DNA of 64,000 nt from Pseudomonas sp. (lineage in GTDB: Bacteria; Pseudomonadota; Gammaproteobacteria; Pseudomonadales; Pseudomonadaceae). The stretch is taken from positions 23,822 through 87,821 of the forward strand of contig DATMWH010000023.1 of NCBI GenBank assembly GCA_035562615.1, given 5' to 3'. Below, piece after piece: positions 39,770 to 52,606 of this stretch. Within the stretch, counting starts at the first letter, position 1; the number at the start of each line of letters is the position of its first letter. Position numbers and translations under genes: made by a program. The notes under the pieces were generated by a model, which saw only the letters and a program-made list of their open reading frames with translations, was not told the DNA's origin and did no database searches.

Positions 39770-40918
39770 ATGCTCAAGGCTTTACGGTTTCTCGGCTGGC
39801 CACTGCTGGTTGGCGTGCTTCTGGCGCTGCTGATCATCCAACGCTATCCGCAATGGGTGGGCTTGCCGGATCAGGCAGTGCACCTGCAGCAGATTCGCCC
39901 GGGGAATACCGAAGCCCAGGGACAGGCCTCCTACGCCAACGCTGTGAGCAGTGCAGCGCCTGCGGTTGCCAACCTGTACAGCACCAAACTGGTCAGTAAG
40001 GCCGTGGACAAACCAGCGACCAGTCCGGGGCTCTACAGTGACGATGTTCCCAAGCAAAGACGTATGGAATCCAGTCTGGGTTCGGCAGTCATCATCAGCC
40101 CGGAAGGATTTCTGCTGACCAACAATCACGTGATTGAGGGCTCGGAGCAGATCATCGTAGCGCTCAAGGATGGTCGCGAAACCCAGGCGCACATCGTCGG
40201 AACCGACCCTGAGACCGACCTGGCAGTACTGAAGATTGATCTGCCCGACCTGCCAGCGATCACCCTGGGACGTTCGGAGCAGATCCGCATTGGTGATGTA
40301 GCGTTGGCGATTGGCAATCCATTCGGTGTGGGTCAGACGGTGACCATGGGCATCATCAGCGCCACCGGGCGCAATCAGCTGGGCATCAATACCTACGAAG
40401 ACTTTATCCAGACCGATGCAGCAATCAACCCGGGCAACTCCGGCGGCGCACTGGTGGATGCCCAGGGTCATCTGCTGGGAATCAATACCGCCATTTTTTC
40501 CGATACCGGTGGTTCGCAGGGCATCGGCTTCGCCATCCCGACCAAGTTGGCCATGGAAGTCATGCGCGCGATCATCGAGCAGGGCCGGGTGATTCGTGGC
40601 TGGCTGGGTATCGAAATTCAGCCGATGACCCCGGAACTGGCGGAATCCTTTGGCATGGAAGGTCGACCGGGCATCATCGTCGCCGGCCTGTATCGCGACG
40701 GGCCGGGTTTCCGCGCTGGCCTGCAGCCGGGGGATGTGATTCTGAGCATTGACGACGAGCCCGCGCTCAACGGCCGGCGCTCGATGAATCAGGTAGCGCG
40801 CAGCAAGCCGGGTGAAATCGTCCACCTTTCTGTCTTGCGCAGCGGTGAACTACTGGAGCTGAAGGCAGAAGTGGGGGCTCGCCCTGCGCCGATCACCAAG
40901 AAAAGCCCGGACCAGTAA
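39770..40918 (+). CDS. algW: DegS-like serine protease AlgW (trypsin + PDZ)
   Basis: TNNHV, DLAVLK, GNSGG triad; N-terminal TM; single PDZ; Pseudomonas context. Confidence 0.92.
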   Translation: MLKALRFLGWPLLVGVLLALLIIQRYPQWVGLPDQAVHLQQIRPGNTEAQGQASYANAVSSAAPAVANLYSTKLVSKAVDKPATSPGLYSDDVPKQRRMESSLGSAVIISPEGFLLTNNHVIEGSEQIIVALKDGRETQAHIVGTDPETDLAVLKIDLPDLPAITLGRSEQIRIGDVALAIGNPFGVGQTVTMGIISATGRNQLGINTYEDFIQTDAAINPGNSGGALVDAQGHLLGINTAIFSDTGGSQGIGFAIPTKLAMEVMRAIIEQGRVIRGWLGIEIQPMTPELAESFGMEGRPGIIVAGLYRDGPGFRAGLQPGDVILSIDDEPALNGRRSMNQVARSKPGEIVHLSVLRSGELLELKAEVGARPAPITKKSPDQ

Positions 40919-40930
40919 GTCAGGGCTCAC

Positions 40931-41986
40931 TCAGAGAATCGCGCCCAGCGCATCCAGCAGCGCCTGGTTCTGCTGCGGCGAACCGATGCTGATCCGCAGA
41001 AACTGCTCGATACGCGGCTTGTTGAAGTGCCGCACTATCACGCTGCGCTCACGCAAGGCCGCAGCCAGCGCCGATGCATCGTGTTGCGGATGACGAGCAA
41101 AGACAAAGTTCGCCGCTGACGGCAGCACCTCAAAACCCAACTGTTCAAGGCTGGCCACCACCGCTTCGCGACTGCTGATCACTTGTGCGCAAGTCTTGTG
41201 GAAATAGTCCCTGTCGGCAAAGGCCGCAGAAGCACCGGCGATCGCTGCACGATCCAGCGGATAGGAGTTGAAGCTGTTTTTGATGCGCTCCAGCGCCTCG
41301 ATCAGGTCCGGATGGCCAACCGCCAGACCAACCCGCAGACCGGCCAACGAACGCGATTTGGACAACGTCTGGGTGACCAGCAGATTCGGGTAGCGCCCTA
41401 CCAGCGCAACCGCGCTTTCACCGCCAAAATCGATATAGGCCTCATCGACCAACACCACCGAGTCGGGATTCTGCTGCAGTAGGCGCTCGATGGCTTCCAG
41501 CGCCAGCAGGCATCCGGTCGGCGCATTCGGATTGGGAAAGACGATGCCACCGTTGGGTCGCAGGTAATCCTCTGGACGAATCTGGAACTGTTCATCCAGC
41601 GCAATGGCTTCGAAGGGAATACCGTACAGCCCGCAATACACCGGGTAAAAGCTGTAGCTGACATCCGGGAAAAGCAATGGCCGACCGTGCTGGAAGAGCC
41701 CGTGAAAGGCATGCGCCAGGACCTCATCGGAGCCGTTGCCAACGAACACCTGCGACGCTGAAATGCCATAGAAATCGGCAACCGCCTGCTTCAGCCGGTC
41801 ACTGTTGGGGTCCGGGTAGAGGCGCAGGTCGTCATTGAGCTCGGCACGCATCGCCTCGATCGCCTTGGGCGAGGGGCCGTAGGGGTTTTCGTTGGTGTTG
41901 AGCTTGACCAGATTGGCCAGCTTTGGCTGCTCACCCGGCACATAGGGCACCAGTTGCTTGACGAAAGGACTCCAGAATTTGCTCAT
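40931..41986 (-). CDS. hisC: Histidinol-phosphate aminotransferase
   Basis: [35 protein letters not shown]. Confidence 0.96.
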   Translation of the reverse strand: MSKFWSPFVKQLVPYVPGEQPKLANLVKLNTNENPYGPSPKAIEAMRAELNDDLRLYPDPNSDRLKQAVADFYGISASQVFVGNGSDEVLAHAFHGLFQHGRPLLFPDVSYSFYPVYCGLYGIPFEAIALDEQFQIRPEDYLRPNGGIVFPNPNAPTGCLLALEAIERLLQQNPDSVVLVDEAYIDFGGESAVALVGRYPNLLVTQTLSKSRSLAGLRVGLAVGHPDLIEALERIKNSFNSYPLDRAAIAGASAAFADRDYFHKTCAQVISSREAVVASLEQLGFEVLPSAANFVFARHPQHDASALAAALRERSVIVRHFNKPRIEQFLRISIGSPQQNQALLDALGAIL

Positions 41987-41988
41987 GC

Positions 41989-43314
41989 TCACTTGCCCTC
42001 GCTCTCGGCTGCAATGCGGTACTCGGCACTGCGCGCGTGGGCCGTCAGCGATTCACCGCGCGCCAGCACGGAGGCCACTTTACCCAGCTCGGAAGCGCCG
42101 GCAGGCGAGCAGAAAATGATCGACGAGCGCTTCTGGAAGTCATAGACGCCCAGCGGTGAAGAGAAGCGCGCGGTGCCGGAGGTCGGCAACACATGGTTGG
42201 GACCGGCGCAGTAATCGCCCAGTGCCTCGGCGGTGTATCGCCCCATGAAAATTGCTCCGGCGTGACGGATCTGCGGCAACCACTGCTCCGGATTGGCCAC
42301 TGACAACTCCAGGTGCTCCGGTGCGATGCGGTTGGCAACCTCCATGGCCTGCGCCATGTCCGCAACCTGTATCAGCGCCCCACGGGCGCTCAGCGAAGTA
42401 CGAATAATCTCCTGCCGCTCCATCGTGGGCAGCAGTTTGTCGATACTGGCAGCAACGGCATCGAGAAAACCCGCATCCGGGCTGAGCAGAATCGACTGCG
42501 CATCTTCGTCATGCTCGGCCTGAGAGAACAGGTCCATGGCTATCCAGTCCGGATCGGTCTGCCCGTCGCAGATCACCAGAATCTCCGAAGGACCGGCAAT
42601 CATGTCGATCCCCACCTTGCCGAACACATGCCGCTTGGCGGTCGCGACGTAGATATTGCCCGGGCCGACGATCTTGTCTACCGGCGGCACGCTTTGGGTG
42701 CCATAGGCCAGTGCCGCAACCGCCTGCGCGCCACCGATGGTGAATACCCGGTCCACACCGGCGATGCAGGCGGCGGCCAGGACCATTTCATTGATTTCGC
42801 CGCGCGGTGTGGGCACCACCATCACCACCTCGGCAACGCCTGCCACTTTCGCCGGGATGGCATTCATCAACACCGAGGAGGGATAGGTAGCCTTACCGCC
42901 CGGCACATAAAGACCGGCACGATCCAGTGGCGTGACTTGCTGCCCCAGCTGCGTACCATCGGCTTCGGTATAACTCCATGAGTCCTGCTTTTGCCGCTCG
43001 TGATAACTGCGCACCCGATCGGCGGCTTTTTCCAGAGCCTCACGCTGAGCGGGAGTGATCCGTGTCAGGGCCAATTCAAGACGCTCGCGGGGCAGAATCA
43101 AGTCAGCCATGCTGGCGACATCCAGCCCATCGAAGCGGCGGGTATATTCCACCAGCGCGTCGTCGCCGCGCTCGCGCACGGCCTGAATTATTTCCAGCAC
43201 GCGAGCATTCACCGCATCATCCGAAACACTTTCCCAACTCAGCAAGTGATCAAGCTCACCGGCAAAAGTCGGATTGGCAGCATTCAGGCGACGGATAGTG
43301 ATGGGAGCGGTCAT
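41989..43314 (-). CDS. hisD: Histidinol dehydrogenase
   Basis: YVPGG, GPGN, AGPSE, QAEH, PEHL, NHVLPT. Confidence 0.98.
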   Translation of the reverse strand: MTAPITIRRLNAANPTFAGELDHLLSWESVSDDAVNARVLEIIQAVRERGDDALVEYTRRFDGLDVASMADLILPRERLELALTRITPAQREALEKAADRVRSYHERQKQDSWSYTEADGTQLGQQVTPLDRAGLYVPGGKATYPSSVLMNAIPAKVAGVAEVVMVVPTPRGEINEMVLAAACIAGVDRVFTIGGAQAVAALAYGTQSVPPVDKIVGPGNIYVATAKRHVFGKVGIDMIAGPSEILVICDGQTDPDWIAMDLFSQAEHDEDAQSILLSPDAGFLDAVAASIDKLLPTMERQEIIRTSLSARGALIQVADMAQAMEVANRIAPEHLELSVANPEQWLPQIRHAGAIFMGRYTAEALGDYCAGPNHVLPTSGTARFSSPLGVYDFQKRSSIIFCSPAGASELGKVASVLARGESLTAHARSAEYRIAAESEGK

Positions 43315-43434
43315 GGCAGATCTCATGTTAGGCAATTCTCAGGCGCAACTAGAGTAACAAGCCCACCGTGCAGGCACCTGAGAAAATGGCTATGACACGG
43401 ATAGGCTGCCGCAATCAGGATTGCGGAAAAGAGA

Positions 43435-44067
43435 TCAGCGGTGTCGGCTTTCAACCGCTTCGCGCAGGGTATCGATCAGTGCCTGAATGCTGGCGTGCTG
43501 GGTTTTCATCGAGGCTTTATTGACGATCAGCCGCGAGCTGATTTCAGCAATCAGCTCTTGCGGCTCAAGGCCATTGGCGCGCAGGGTATTGCCCGTATCA
43601 ACCACATCGATGATTTTGTCCGCCAGACCAACCAGAGGCGCCAACTCCATCGAGCCATACAACTTGATGATATCGACCTGACGCCCTTGCTCGGCGTAAT
43701 AGCGCTTGGCCAGATTGACGAACTTGGTTGCCACGCGCAAACGTCCACGCGGCTCGGCTGCGCCCACTGCTCCGGCGGTCATCAGCTTGCAACGCGCAAT
43801 CTTCAGATCCAGGGGCTCATAGATGCCCTCGGCACCGTACTCCATCAGCACGTCTTTACCCGCCACACCCAGATCGGCGGCACCGTGCTCGACATAGGTC
43901 GGTACATCGGTGGCGCGGACGATCAGCAAACGCACATCATCCAGCGTGGTAGGGATGATCAGTTTGCGGCTTTTGTCCGGGTTTTCAGTCGGCACAATGC
44001 CCGCAGCGGCCAGCAACGGCAGGGTATCGTCGAGTATTCGGCCTTTGGACAAGGCAATGGTCAGCAT
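43435..44067 (-). CDS. hisG: ATP phosphoribosyltransferase, short form (HisZ-dependent)
   Basis: [31 protein letters not shown]; 210 aa without the C-terminal regulatory domain. Confidence 0.97.
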   Translation of the reverse strand: MLTIALSKGRILDDTLPLLAAAGIVPTENPDKSRKLIIPTTLDDVRLLIVRATDVPTYVEHGAADLGVAGKDVLMEYGAEGIYEPLDLKIARCKLMTAGAVGAAEPRGRLRVATKFVNLAKRYYAEQGRQVDIIKLYGSMELAPLVGLADKIIDVVDTGNTLRANGLEPQELIAEISSRLIVNKASMKTQHASIQALIDTLREAVESRHR

Positions 44068-44130
44068 TCAGCAACTTCCTTAAAACAGGGCCAGCTACAG
44101 CGCTGGCAGTCGGGCCGGGAACAACCTTGC

Positions 44131-45662
<1,532 letters not shown>

Positions 45663-45847
45663 GCTCGACCTCGTTTTGCACTTCATGCCAGCCGATGTAC
45701 GTAGCCAGCGGCCATGTGGAAAGCTGTCCAGCGCAGTTCAGATGCTGGAAAACCGTGAGTACCGGCCTGAAGCGGGAAAATTTTGTGCAAAGCCAATGCT
45801 TGCAGGGGCGACATCATACAAAAAATCCGCCCAACCCGCGAATCGAC

Positions 45848-46156
45848 TCATTCGCAGGTCGGGAGCAGCTCGGTCAAACCCGATACCTCGGCAATCTGAC
45901 GCATGTCCGCGGGCAGTCCACGCATCGCCAGAGCCTTGCCCGACGCAGAAGCATCACGCATAAACGCCAGTAACAGGGAAACTCCGACGCTGCTGGATTT
46001 TTCAACTGCCGTGCAGTCAAGCAACAATTCTCCAGCTGGACTGGCATTGATCACTTGCCGGCCATCCTTGCGCAACTGCGGGCCGGAGCGAAAATCAATC
46101 ACTCCGGACAACTCGAGCCGCCCCGGAACCGTCTCGGTTATCTTTGCGACGCTCAC
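45848..46156 (-). CDS. mlaB: STAS-domain protein MlaB
   Basis: LSG.ID, SSVGVSLLL, IAEVSGL; last gene of the mla operon. Confidence 0.9.
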   Translation of the reverse strand: MSVAKITETVPGRLELSGVIDFRSGPQLRKDGRQVINASPAGELLLDCTAVEKSSSVGVSLLLAFMRDASASGKALAMRGLPADMRQIAEVSGLTELLPTCE

Positions 46157-46818
46157 GCCGACTCCTTGCTGGCCTGCTTGGCCTTGGAGACGGTTTCGGC
46201 CCAGGTATCGATCACCTTGTTCAGGTCATTGCCATGATCCTTCATGGACTGGGCAAACTGATCACGAAACAATTTGCCGATATTGATGCCATTGATGATC
46301 ACGTTGCGCATGCGCCAACTGCCGTCCATCTCGACCATGGTGTAGGAAAGCGGGTAAACCGTACCCTTGCTGTCCTTGACCTCCATGTTGACCGCTTCCC
46401 GACCGGGCTCCTGCTTGCCACCCACAGGGAGAATGCGAATCTCCTGATTGTCGTACTCCAGCAGAGCGTTGCCATAAAAGCGCATCAGGCTGGTTTTGAA
46501 ATTATCCTCGAAACGCTTCATCTGCTCAGGTGAAGCGCCACGCGAGTAGCGGACAGTCATCACGCCCTTGGAGATACCTTCCATATCCACTACCGGAGCC
46601 AGAATACGGTCCAGCGCGGCGTAGAACTCTGATGGATCCTGCTTGTAGAGCTGCTTGTTGGCTTTCAGGTCCGCCAGAAGCTGGTCTGTTGTGCCCTTCA
46701 CCACCTCCGCAGCAGTCGGTGCAGCCTGAGCAAGCAGCGACACTGTGCTGAGGACAAAAACCAGAAAAGCTCGGCGGACCGCTGAAAAAAGCATCATGTT
46801 GGACTGCAGGCTGATCAT
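46153..46818 (-). CDS. mlaC: Periplasmic phospholipid shuttle MlaC (Ttg2D)
   Basis: Signal peptide, W.MRNVIINGINIG.LFRDQF; start may be a later Met. Confidence 0.92.
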   Translation of the reverse strand: MISLQSNMMLFSAVRRAFLVFVLSTVSLLAQAAPTAAEVVKGTTDQLLADLKANKQLYKQDPSEFYAALDRILAPVVDMEGISKGVMTVRYSRGASPEQMKRFEDNFKTSLMRFYGNALLEYDNQEIRILPVGGKQEPGREAVNMEVKDSKGTVYPLSYTMVEMDGSWRMRNVIINGINIGKLFRDQFAQSMKDHGNDLNKVIDTWAETVSKAKQASKESA

Positions 46819-47291
46819 TGAGATTTTTCCTCCTTGTTAACCGAATTCAGCAGGAACTTGCCGATCAGATCTTCCAGAACCAATGCCGACTGGGTATCGC
46901 GAATAACCCCTTCGTCCTTGAGCACGGCCTCTTCGCCGCCGACGCTGATACCGATGTATTTCTCGCCCAGCAGGCCGGCAGTAAGGACGGATGCCGTCGA
47001 ATCCTCAGGGAGATTATTCACCTGATCATTGATTTCCATGGTGACCCTACCGGTGTAGCTGTCGCGATCCAGATCAATGGCCGTGACCTTGCCGACGATC
47101 ACGCCAGCCATGGTGACTTTGGCCCTGACGGTAAGACCGGCAATATTGTCAAAATACGCGTAAACCTTGTACGTCTGATCAGACGTGCCTGCCGACAGCC
47201 CACTGACACGCAGGGCCAGCAACAACAAAGCCAAAAAGCCGGCCATCACAAACAGGCCAACACCAATTTCCTGGGCGCGGGTTTGCATCAA
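46815..47291 (-). CDS. mlaD: MCE-domain protein MlaD
   Basis: [31 protein letters not shown]. Confidence 0.95.
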   Translation of the reverse strand: MMQTRAQEIGVGLFVMAGFLALLLLALRVSGLSAGTSDQTYKVYAYFDNIAGLTVRAKVTMAGVIVGKVTAIDLDRDSYTGRVTMEINDQVNNLPEDSTASVLTAGLLGEKYIGISVGGEEAVLKDEGVIRDTQSALVLEDLIGKFLLNSVNKEEKSQ

Positions 47292-48088
47292 AAATCTCCA
47301 AACATCAAGGCGGTCAGAATAAAGTCCAGGCCCAATACGGCCAATGAGGCATACACCACGGTCCGGGTAGTTGCACGACTGATCCCTTCCGAGGTTGGAT
47401 CGCAGTCATACCCCTGAAAAACAGCGATCCAGGTTACAACGAAGGCAAATACGACGCTTTTGAGCATGCCATTGAGCACATCCTCACGAAACTCAACGCT
47501 GTTCTGCATGTTGGCCCAGAACGAGCCGTCGTAAACGCCCAGCCAATCCACAGCAACCATGGCGCCACCCCAGATACCGACGACACTGAAGATAGCCGCC
47601 AGTAATGGCATGGAAATAAACCCCGCCCACAGCCGCGGCGCGATGATGTATTTGAGCGGATCAACCCCGATCATTTCCAGACTGGACAATTGCTCCGTGG
47701 ATTTCATGTTGCCAATCTCCGCCGTCAAGGCAGAACCGGCGCGTCCGGCAAAGAGCAATCCGGTCACCACCGGACCAAGCTCACGCAAGAGCGTCAGCGC
47801 AACCATCTGGCCCACCGCCTGCTCTGAGCCGTAATCGACCAGAATGTTGTAACCCTGCAGCGCCAGCACCATGCCAATGAACAAGCCGGCCACCACAATG
47901 ATCGGCAACGACAACACGCCAACAAAGAACAACTGTTTGACCAGCAGACTAAAGCCATTGCCCAGCCCGCCGCGCCCCAACAGTGCATGCAACAAAAACA
48001 GCGTGGAGCGGCCCAGCGCCTCAACTACAGCAATACCGGTCCGACCGATCCGGGCAACCCTGTCGAGATAAGAAGTCTTGCGCATCAA
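47288..48088 (-). CDS. mlaE: ABC permease MlaE
   Basis: [25 protein letters not shown]. Confidence 0.96.
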   Translation of the reverse strand: MMRKTSYLDRVARIGRTGIAVVEALGRSTLFLLHALLGRGGLGNGFSLLVKQLFFVGVLSLPIIVVAGLFIGMVLALQGYNILVDYGSEQAVGQMVALTLLRELGPVVTGLLFAGRAGSALTAEIGNMKSTEQLSSLEMIGVDPLKYIIAPRLWAGFISMPLLAAIFSVVGIWGGAMVAVDWLGVYDGSFWANMQNSVEFREDVLNGMLKSVVFAFVVTWIAVFQGYDCDPTSEGISRATTRTVVYASLAVLGLDFILTALMFGDF

Positions 48089-48894
48089 CCCTGCCCCAAC
48101 AAATCGGTACGGTAATCCGCTGCCGGAAAATGGAAGGGCACCGGTCCATCCGGTATGCCCTTCATAAACTGGCGAATCTGTGGATTGTCCGAGTTCATCA
48201 GCTGATCGGGCGTACCGAAGCCCAAAACCCTGGAGTCACCGACCACATAGATAAAATCCGCAATAGTCGCGGTTTCTGCCAAGTCGTGGGAAACCACGAT
48301 ACTGGTGATACCCAAGGCGTCATTGAGCAGACGGATCAGCCGCACCAGAACACCCATGGCAATCGGATCCTGCCCGACGAAAGGTTCGTCGTACATCAGG
48401 ATTTGCGGGTCCAGCGCAATGGCTCTGGCCAACGCAACCCGGCGCTTCATGCCTCCGGACAACTCGTCAGGCATCAGGTCATAGGCGCCGCGCAACCCCA
48501 CTGCCTGCAATTTCATCAGGACGATATCGCGGATCATCTCTTCCGGCAGCTTGGTGTGCACCCGCAATGGAAAGGCGACGTTTTCAAACACATCCAGATC
48601 CGTAAAGAGTGCGCCACTCTGAAACAACACACCCATCTGCTTGCGCATATCGAAGAGTTCAGCGCGCGACAAGTCCGGCAGGTTCAGCCCATTGACCCAG
48701 ACACCGCCCTGACTTGGCATCAACTGCGCCGCAATCAGCCGCAACAGGGTTGTTTTTCCGCACCCTGAAGGCCCCATGATGGCGGTCACTTTGCCGCGCG
48801 GGATATGAATATCGACATTTTCGAAAATAGTTCGCGACCCGCGCTTGAAGGTGACCCCCCTCAACTCGACCGCATTAACGCTTGCGCTAGCCAT
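48085..48894 (-). CDS. mlaF: ABC ATPase MlaF
   Basis: [25 protein letters not shown]. Confidence 0.96.
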   Translation of the reverse strand: MASASVNAVELRGVTFKRGSRTIFENVDIHIPRGKVTAIMGPSGCGKTTLLRLIAAQLMPSQGGVWVNGLNLPDLSRAELFDMRKQMGVLFQSGALFTDLDVFENVAFPLRVHTKLPEEMIRDIVLMKLQAVGLRGAYDLMPDELSGGMKRRVALARAIALDPQILMYDEPFVGQDPIAMGVLVRLIRLLNDALGITSIVVSHDLAETATIADFIYVVGDSRVLGFGTPDQLMNSDNPQIRQFMKGIPDGPVPFHFPAADYRTDLLGQG

Positions 48895-49131
48895 CCGTAC
48901 TCCTCGGGAACAGTTGCCGCGCCCATACCCACCAACAGCAAGCTTAAATCGCGGGGGCCAAGCGAACAGCGGCGCAATATAACATCGTCGCCACAGCATC
49001 CCAAAGTACCAAACCTGCAGCCGCGACGACGCCCTGCAGCCGTTGTGCTGAGAGCAATTGATGCGCAAAGTGTCAGGCACCGGCTTATTGCCGTTATAAT
49101 CGGCCAACAGTCACTGGATACTGCTCACCAA

Positions 49132-50106
49132 ATGAACCAATCCCACGCCTTGATTCAGTCAGCTCAGCGCACCGTTCGCCTAGAACTGGAAGCGATAGAA
49201 GCCCTGCTTGAGCGAATCAACGCAGATTTTGTACGCGCCTGCGAACTGTTGCTGGCGTGCCGCGGACGGGTCGTTGTCGTGGGCATGGGCAAGTCTGGTC
49301 ACATCGGCAAAAAGATTGCTGCCACGCTGGCCAGCACCGGGACACCCGCCTTTTTCGTGCATCCGGCAGAAGCCAGCCATGGCGACATGGGCATGATCAC
49401 CAAAGATGACGTGGTATTGGCACTGTCCAATTCAGGCTCCACCGCCGAGATCATCACCCTGTTGCCATTGATCAAGCGACTGGGGATCACCCTTGTGAGC
49501 ATGACCGGCAACCCCGAGTCGCCACTGGCGCAGGCTGCCGAGGCCAATCTGGATGCACGGGTTGAACATGAGGCCTGCCCACTGAACCTCGCCCCCACCT
49601 CGTCAACCACAGCCAGCCTGGTACTGGGTGATGCACTGGCCATTGCCTTGCTCGAAGCTCGCGGCTTTACCGCCGAAGACTTTGCCTTCTCCCACCCGGG
49701 CGGCGCGCTGGGCCGGCGATTACTGCTCAAGGTGGAGAACGTCATGCATGCCGGCGAAGCCCTGCCGAGGGTTGCGCGCGGCATCCTGCTGCGCGATGCA
49801 CTGCTGGAAATGACCCGCAAGGGGCTGGGAATGACCGTGATCGTCGAAAGCGACGGGCGGCTTGCCGGTATTTTTACCGATGGCGATCTGCGTCGTACCC
49901 TGGACCGGGGAATCGATGTACGCAACGCCAGCATCGACAGCGTGATGACCGCCCATGGCAAAACCGCCAAACCCGAGATGCTTGCTGCGGAAGCACTGAA
50001 AATCATGGAAGACCACAAAATCAACTCACTGGTTGTGGTTGATTCGGATGATCGTCCGGTTGGCGCACTGAACATGCACGACCTCTTGCGCGCCGGGGTG
50101 ATGTGA
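49132..50106 (+). CDS. kdsD: Arabinose-5-phosphate isomerase KdsD (SIS + CBS)
   Basis: GMGKSGHIG, HPAEASHGD, APTSST, HPGG.LG, TDGDLRR. Confidence 0.96.
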   Translation: MNQSHALIQSAQRTVRLELEAIEALLERINADFVRACELLLACRGRVVVVGMGKSGHIGKKIAATLASTGTPAFFVHPAEASHGDMGMITKDDVVLALSNSGSTAEIITLLPLIKRLGITLVSMTGNPESPLAQAAEANLDARVEHEACPLNLAPTSSTTASLVLGDALAIALLEARGFTAEDFAFSHPGGALGRRLLLKVENVMHAGEALPRVARGILLRDALLEMTRKGLGMTVIVESDGRLAGIFTDGDLRRTLDRGIDVRNASIDSVMTAHGKTAKPEMLAAEALKIMEDHKINSLVVVDSDDRPVGALNMHDLLRAGVM

Positions 50107-50631
50107 ATGCAGCAGGAACTCTTGCAGCGCGCACGCGGCGTAAAGCTGGCGATCTTCGATGTAGACGGCGTACTGACCGATGGCAGGCTGTATTTCCTGG
50201 TTGACGGCAGTGAGTTCAAGACATTCAACACGCTGGATGGCCACGGCATAAAAATGCTGATTGCTTCGGGCGTGCGTACGGCCATCATTTCCGGCCGCAA
50301 AACTCCGATTGTGGAGCGAAGGGCACAGAACCTGGGCATCCAGCATCTCTACCAGGGGCGCGAAGACAAGCTGGTGGTACTCGATGAACTGCTCGGACAG
50401 CTCAATCTCAACTACGCACAGGTAGCCTACCTGGGCGATGACCTGCCTGACCTGCCGGTGATTCGCAGGGTCGGACTGGGTATGGCGGTTGCCAGCGCTG
50501 ATGCTTTTGTTCGTGAAAATGCTCACGGCATCACGCAAGCGCGTGGCGGCGAAGGTGCCGCCCGCGAATTCTGCGAACTGATCATGCGCGCCCAAGGCAC
50601 GCTTGATAGCATCCAAGCCACTTATCTGTAG
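50107..50631 (+). CDS. kdsC: KDO 8-phosphate phosphatase (HAD)
   Basis: DVDGVLTDG, GDDLPD, GGEGAARE. Confidence 0.96.
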   Translation: MQQELLQRARGVKLAIFDVDGVLTDGRLYFLVDGSEFKTFNTLDGHGIKMLIASGVRTAIISGRKTPIVERRAQNLGIQHLYQGREDKLVVLDELLGQLNLNYAQVAYLGDDLPDLPVIRRVGLGMAVASADAFVRENAHGITQARGGEGAAREFCELIMRAQGTLDSIQATYL

Positions 50632-50638
50632 GATCAGC

Positions 50639-51208
50639 ATGTCGAACAGTATTCGCCAGACACTGATGTTTCTGCCCATAGCGGCGCTGCTGATCGCGCT
50701 TGGCTACTGGAATATCCGGCCGGAAAGTTTCGACGAACAGCACACTGCTGTCGCGACTGAGACCTCGGTGGATTTCTTCGTAGTCAACCCACACACCCAG
50801 CAATTCAAGGAAGACGGCAGCCTCAATTACCGGATGAAGGCGGACAAGCTGGAACATATCAAAGCCACTGACATTACCCTGATGAGCCAGCCGGACTTGC
50901 TGTTGTACCGCCAGAACGAGGCACCATGGCATGTGCAAAGCCAGCGCGGGGAAGTAGCCCCTGCTGGAAAGCAGGTAGAATTGATCGATGACGTCAGGGT
51001 GCAACGTACTGACAACAAGAATCGCCAGACCCTGCTGACCACCAGTCGTCTGACCGTTTTTCCTGATAAAGAATATGCCGAGACCAGCCAAGCCGTTAAG
51101 ATTGATGCAGCCAATGGCGTGACCACGGCAACCGGTATGAAAGCGTACCTGAATGAAGGCAGGATGGACCTGCTCTCCAATGTAAGAGGCCAGCATGAGG
51201 TTCGTTAA
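50639..51208 (+). CDS. lptC: LPS export protein LptC
   Basis: N-terminal TM, beta-jellyroll-like body, LLSNVRG end; context. Confidence 0.9.
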   Translation: MSNSIRQTLMFLPIAALLIALGYWNIRPESFDEQHTAVATETSVDFFVVNPHTQQFKEDGSLNYRMKADKLEHIKATDITLMSQPDLLLYRQNEAPWHVQSQRGEVAPAGKQVELIDDVRVQRTDNKNRQTLLTTSRLTVFPDKEYAETSQAVKIDAANGVTTATGMKAYLNEGRMDLLSNVRGQHEVR

Positions 51209-51737
51209 AACCCTTCCCCTAGTGCTTGTTTTCCTGGGTAGCACACTCGCCTGCGGCACTGCCGCGGCACTGCCGACTGACCGCGAACAACCGATCCGGG
51301 TGCAGGCCGATAGCGCCGAGCTCGACGACAAGCAAGGCGTCGCCGTCTATCGCGGCTCGGTGGTGATCACCCAGGGCAGCCTCAAGATAACCGGCGACCA
51401 GGTCACGATCACCCAGAGTCCGCAGGGTGATGTTGAGCTTTTTACCGCGATTGGCGAGCCGGCCTACTATGAGCAGCAGCCGTCAACGGACAAGGCCATC
51501 GTAAAGGCTTATGGCAAAACCATTCAGTATTATGCCGCCACCGAACGCATTGTTCTGATCGATCAGGCCAAGGTCATCCAGGAAGGCAACACCTTTACCG
51601 GCGAGAAGATCGTTTATGACACCCAGCGCCAGATTGTCAACGCAGGCAGAGCCAGCAACGCCAGTGTGAGCAAGCCGCAACCGCGGATTGACATGGTTAT
51701 CCAGCCGAAGAAAAAACCCGAACAAAAGGCACCCTAA
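51195..51737 (+). CDS. lptA: LPS transport periplasmic protein LptA (LptH)
   Basis: Signal peptide, [21 protein letters not shown]. Confidence 0.93.
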   Translation: MRFVKTLPLVLVFLGSTLACGTAAALPTDREQPIRVQADSAELDDKQGVAVYRGSVVITQGSLKITGDQVTITQSPQGDVELFTAIGEPAYYEQQPSTDKAIVKAYGKTIQYYAATERIVLIDQAKVIQEGNTFTGEKIVYDTQRQIVNAGRASNASVSKPQPRIDMVIQPKKKPEQKAP

Positions 51738-52462
51738 TGGCCACTCTCAAAGCCCAGCACCTGGCGAAGAGCTACAAGGGCCGTCAGGTCGTGCGTGACG
51801 TCAGCCTGTCCATCGACAGCGGCCAGATCGTCGGCTTGCTGGGCCCCAATGGCGCGGGCAAGACTACCTGCTTCTACATGATCGTCGGACTGGTTCAGGC
51901 AGACCAGGGACGCATTCTGATCGACGACCTCAACATCAGCCATCTGCCAATGCACGGCCGGGCCCGCGCAGGCATTGGCTATCTGCCACAGGAAGCCTCG
52001 ATCTTCCGCAAGCTGAGCGTGGCCGACAACATCATGAGTATCCTTGAAACACGCAAGGATCTGGACCGGGCCGGACGTCATGACGCGCTCGAAAGTCTGC
52101 TGGAAGAATTCCACATCCACCACATTCGCGACACCTTGGGCATGAGCCTGTCCGGTGGCGAGCGGCGGCGGGCGGAGATTGCCCGCGCACTGGCCACCTC
52201 GCCCAAATTCATACTGCTGGATGAGCCTTTCGCTGGTGTGGACCCGATCTCGGTCGGCGACATCAAACAGATCATCCATCACCTCAAGACCAAGGGCATT
52301 GGCGTACTGATCACCGACCACAACGTGCGCGACACTCTGGATATCTGTGAAGTCGCCTACATAGTGAACGATGGCCAACTGATCGCCGAAGGCGATGCCG
52401 AAACCATCCTGGCCGATCAACTGGTCAAAGACGTATACCTGGGACACGAGTTCCGCCTGTAA
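51737..52462 (+). CDS. lptB: LPS export ABC ATPase LptB
   Basis: [33 protein letters not shown]. Confidence 0.97.
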   Translation: MATLKAQHLAKSYKGRQVVRDVSLSIDSGQIVGLLGPNGAGKTTCFYMIVGLVQADQGRILIDDLNISHLPMHGRARAGIGYLPQEASIFRKLSVADNIMSILETRKDLDRAGRHDALESLLEEFHIHHIRDTLGMSLSGGERRRAEIARALATSPKFILLDEPFAGVDPISVGDIKQIIHHLKTKGIGVLITDHNVRDTLDICEVAYIVNDGQLIAEGDAETILADQLVKDVYLGHEFRL

Positions 52463-52516
52463 CCTATCAACCCAACCGAACACCGCGCCCTCGCCCAGAG
52501 GAAAGTAGCCGAATAC

Positions 52517-52532
52517 CGGCATATACTTTGCT
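52517..52532 (+). promoter_or_regulatory. Sigma54 -24/-12 motif upstream of rpoN
   Basis: CGGCATATACTTTGCT = GG-N10-GC. Confidence 0.7.
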
Positions 52533-52606
52533 AACGCTCGACGCCTCGGCGTCTCGAATCTATTGGCGCCCGGTGGCCCGAAGCTCAAGGTGAACCTCTT
52601 TCCGTT

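Noticed and set aside
48805-49107. Apparent overlap of the extended mlaF and kdsD ORFs
   Set aside because: Likely starts at 48894 and 49132 leave a normal divergent promoter region.
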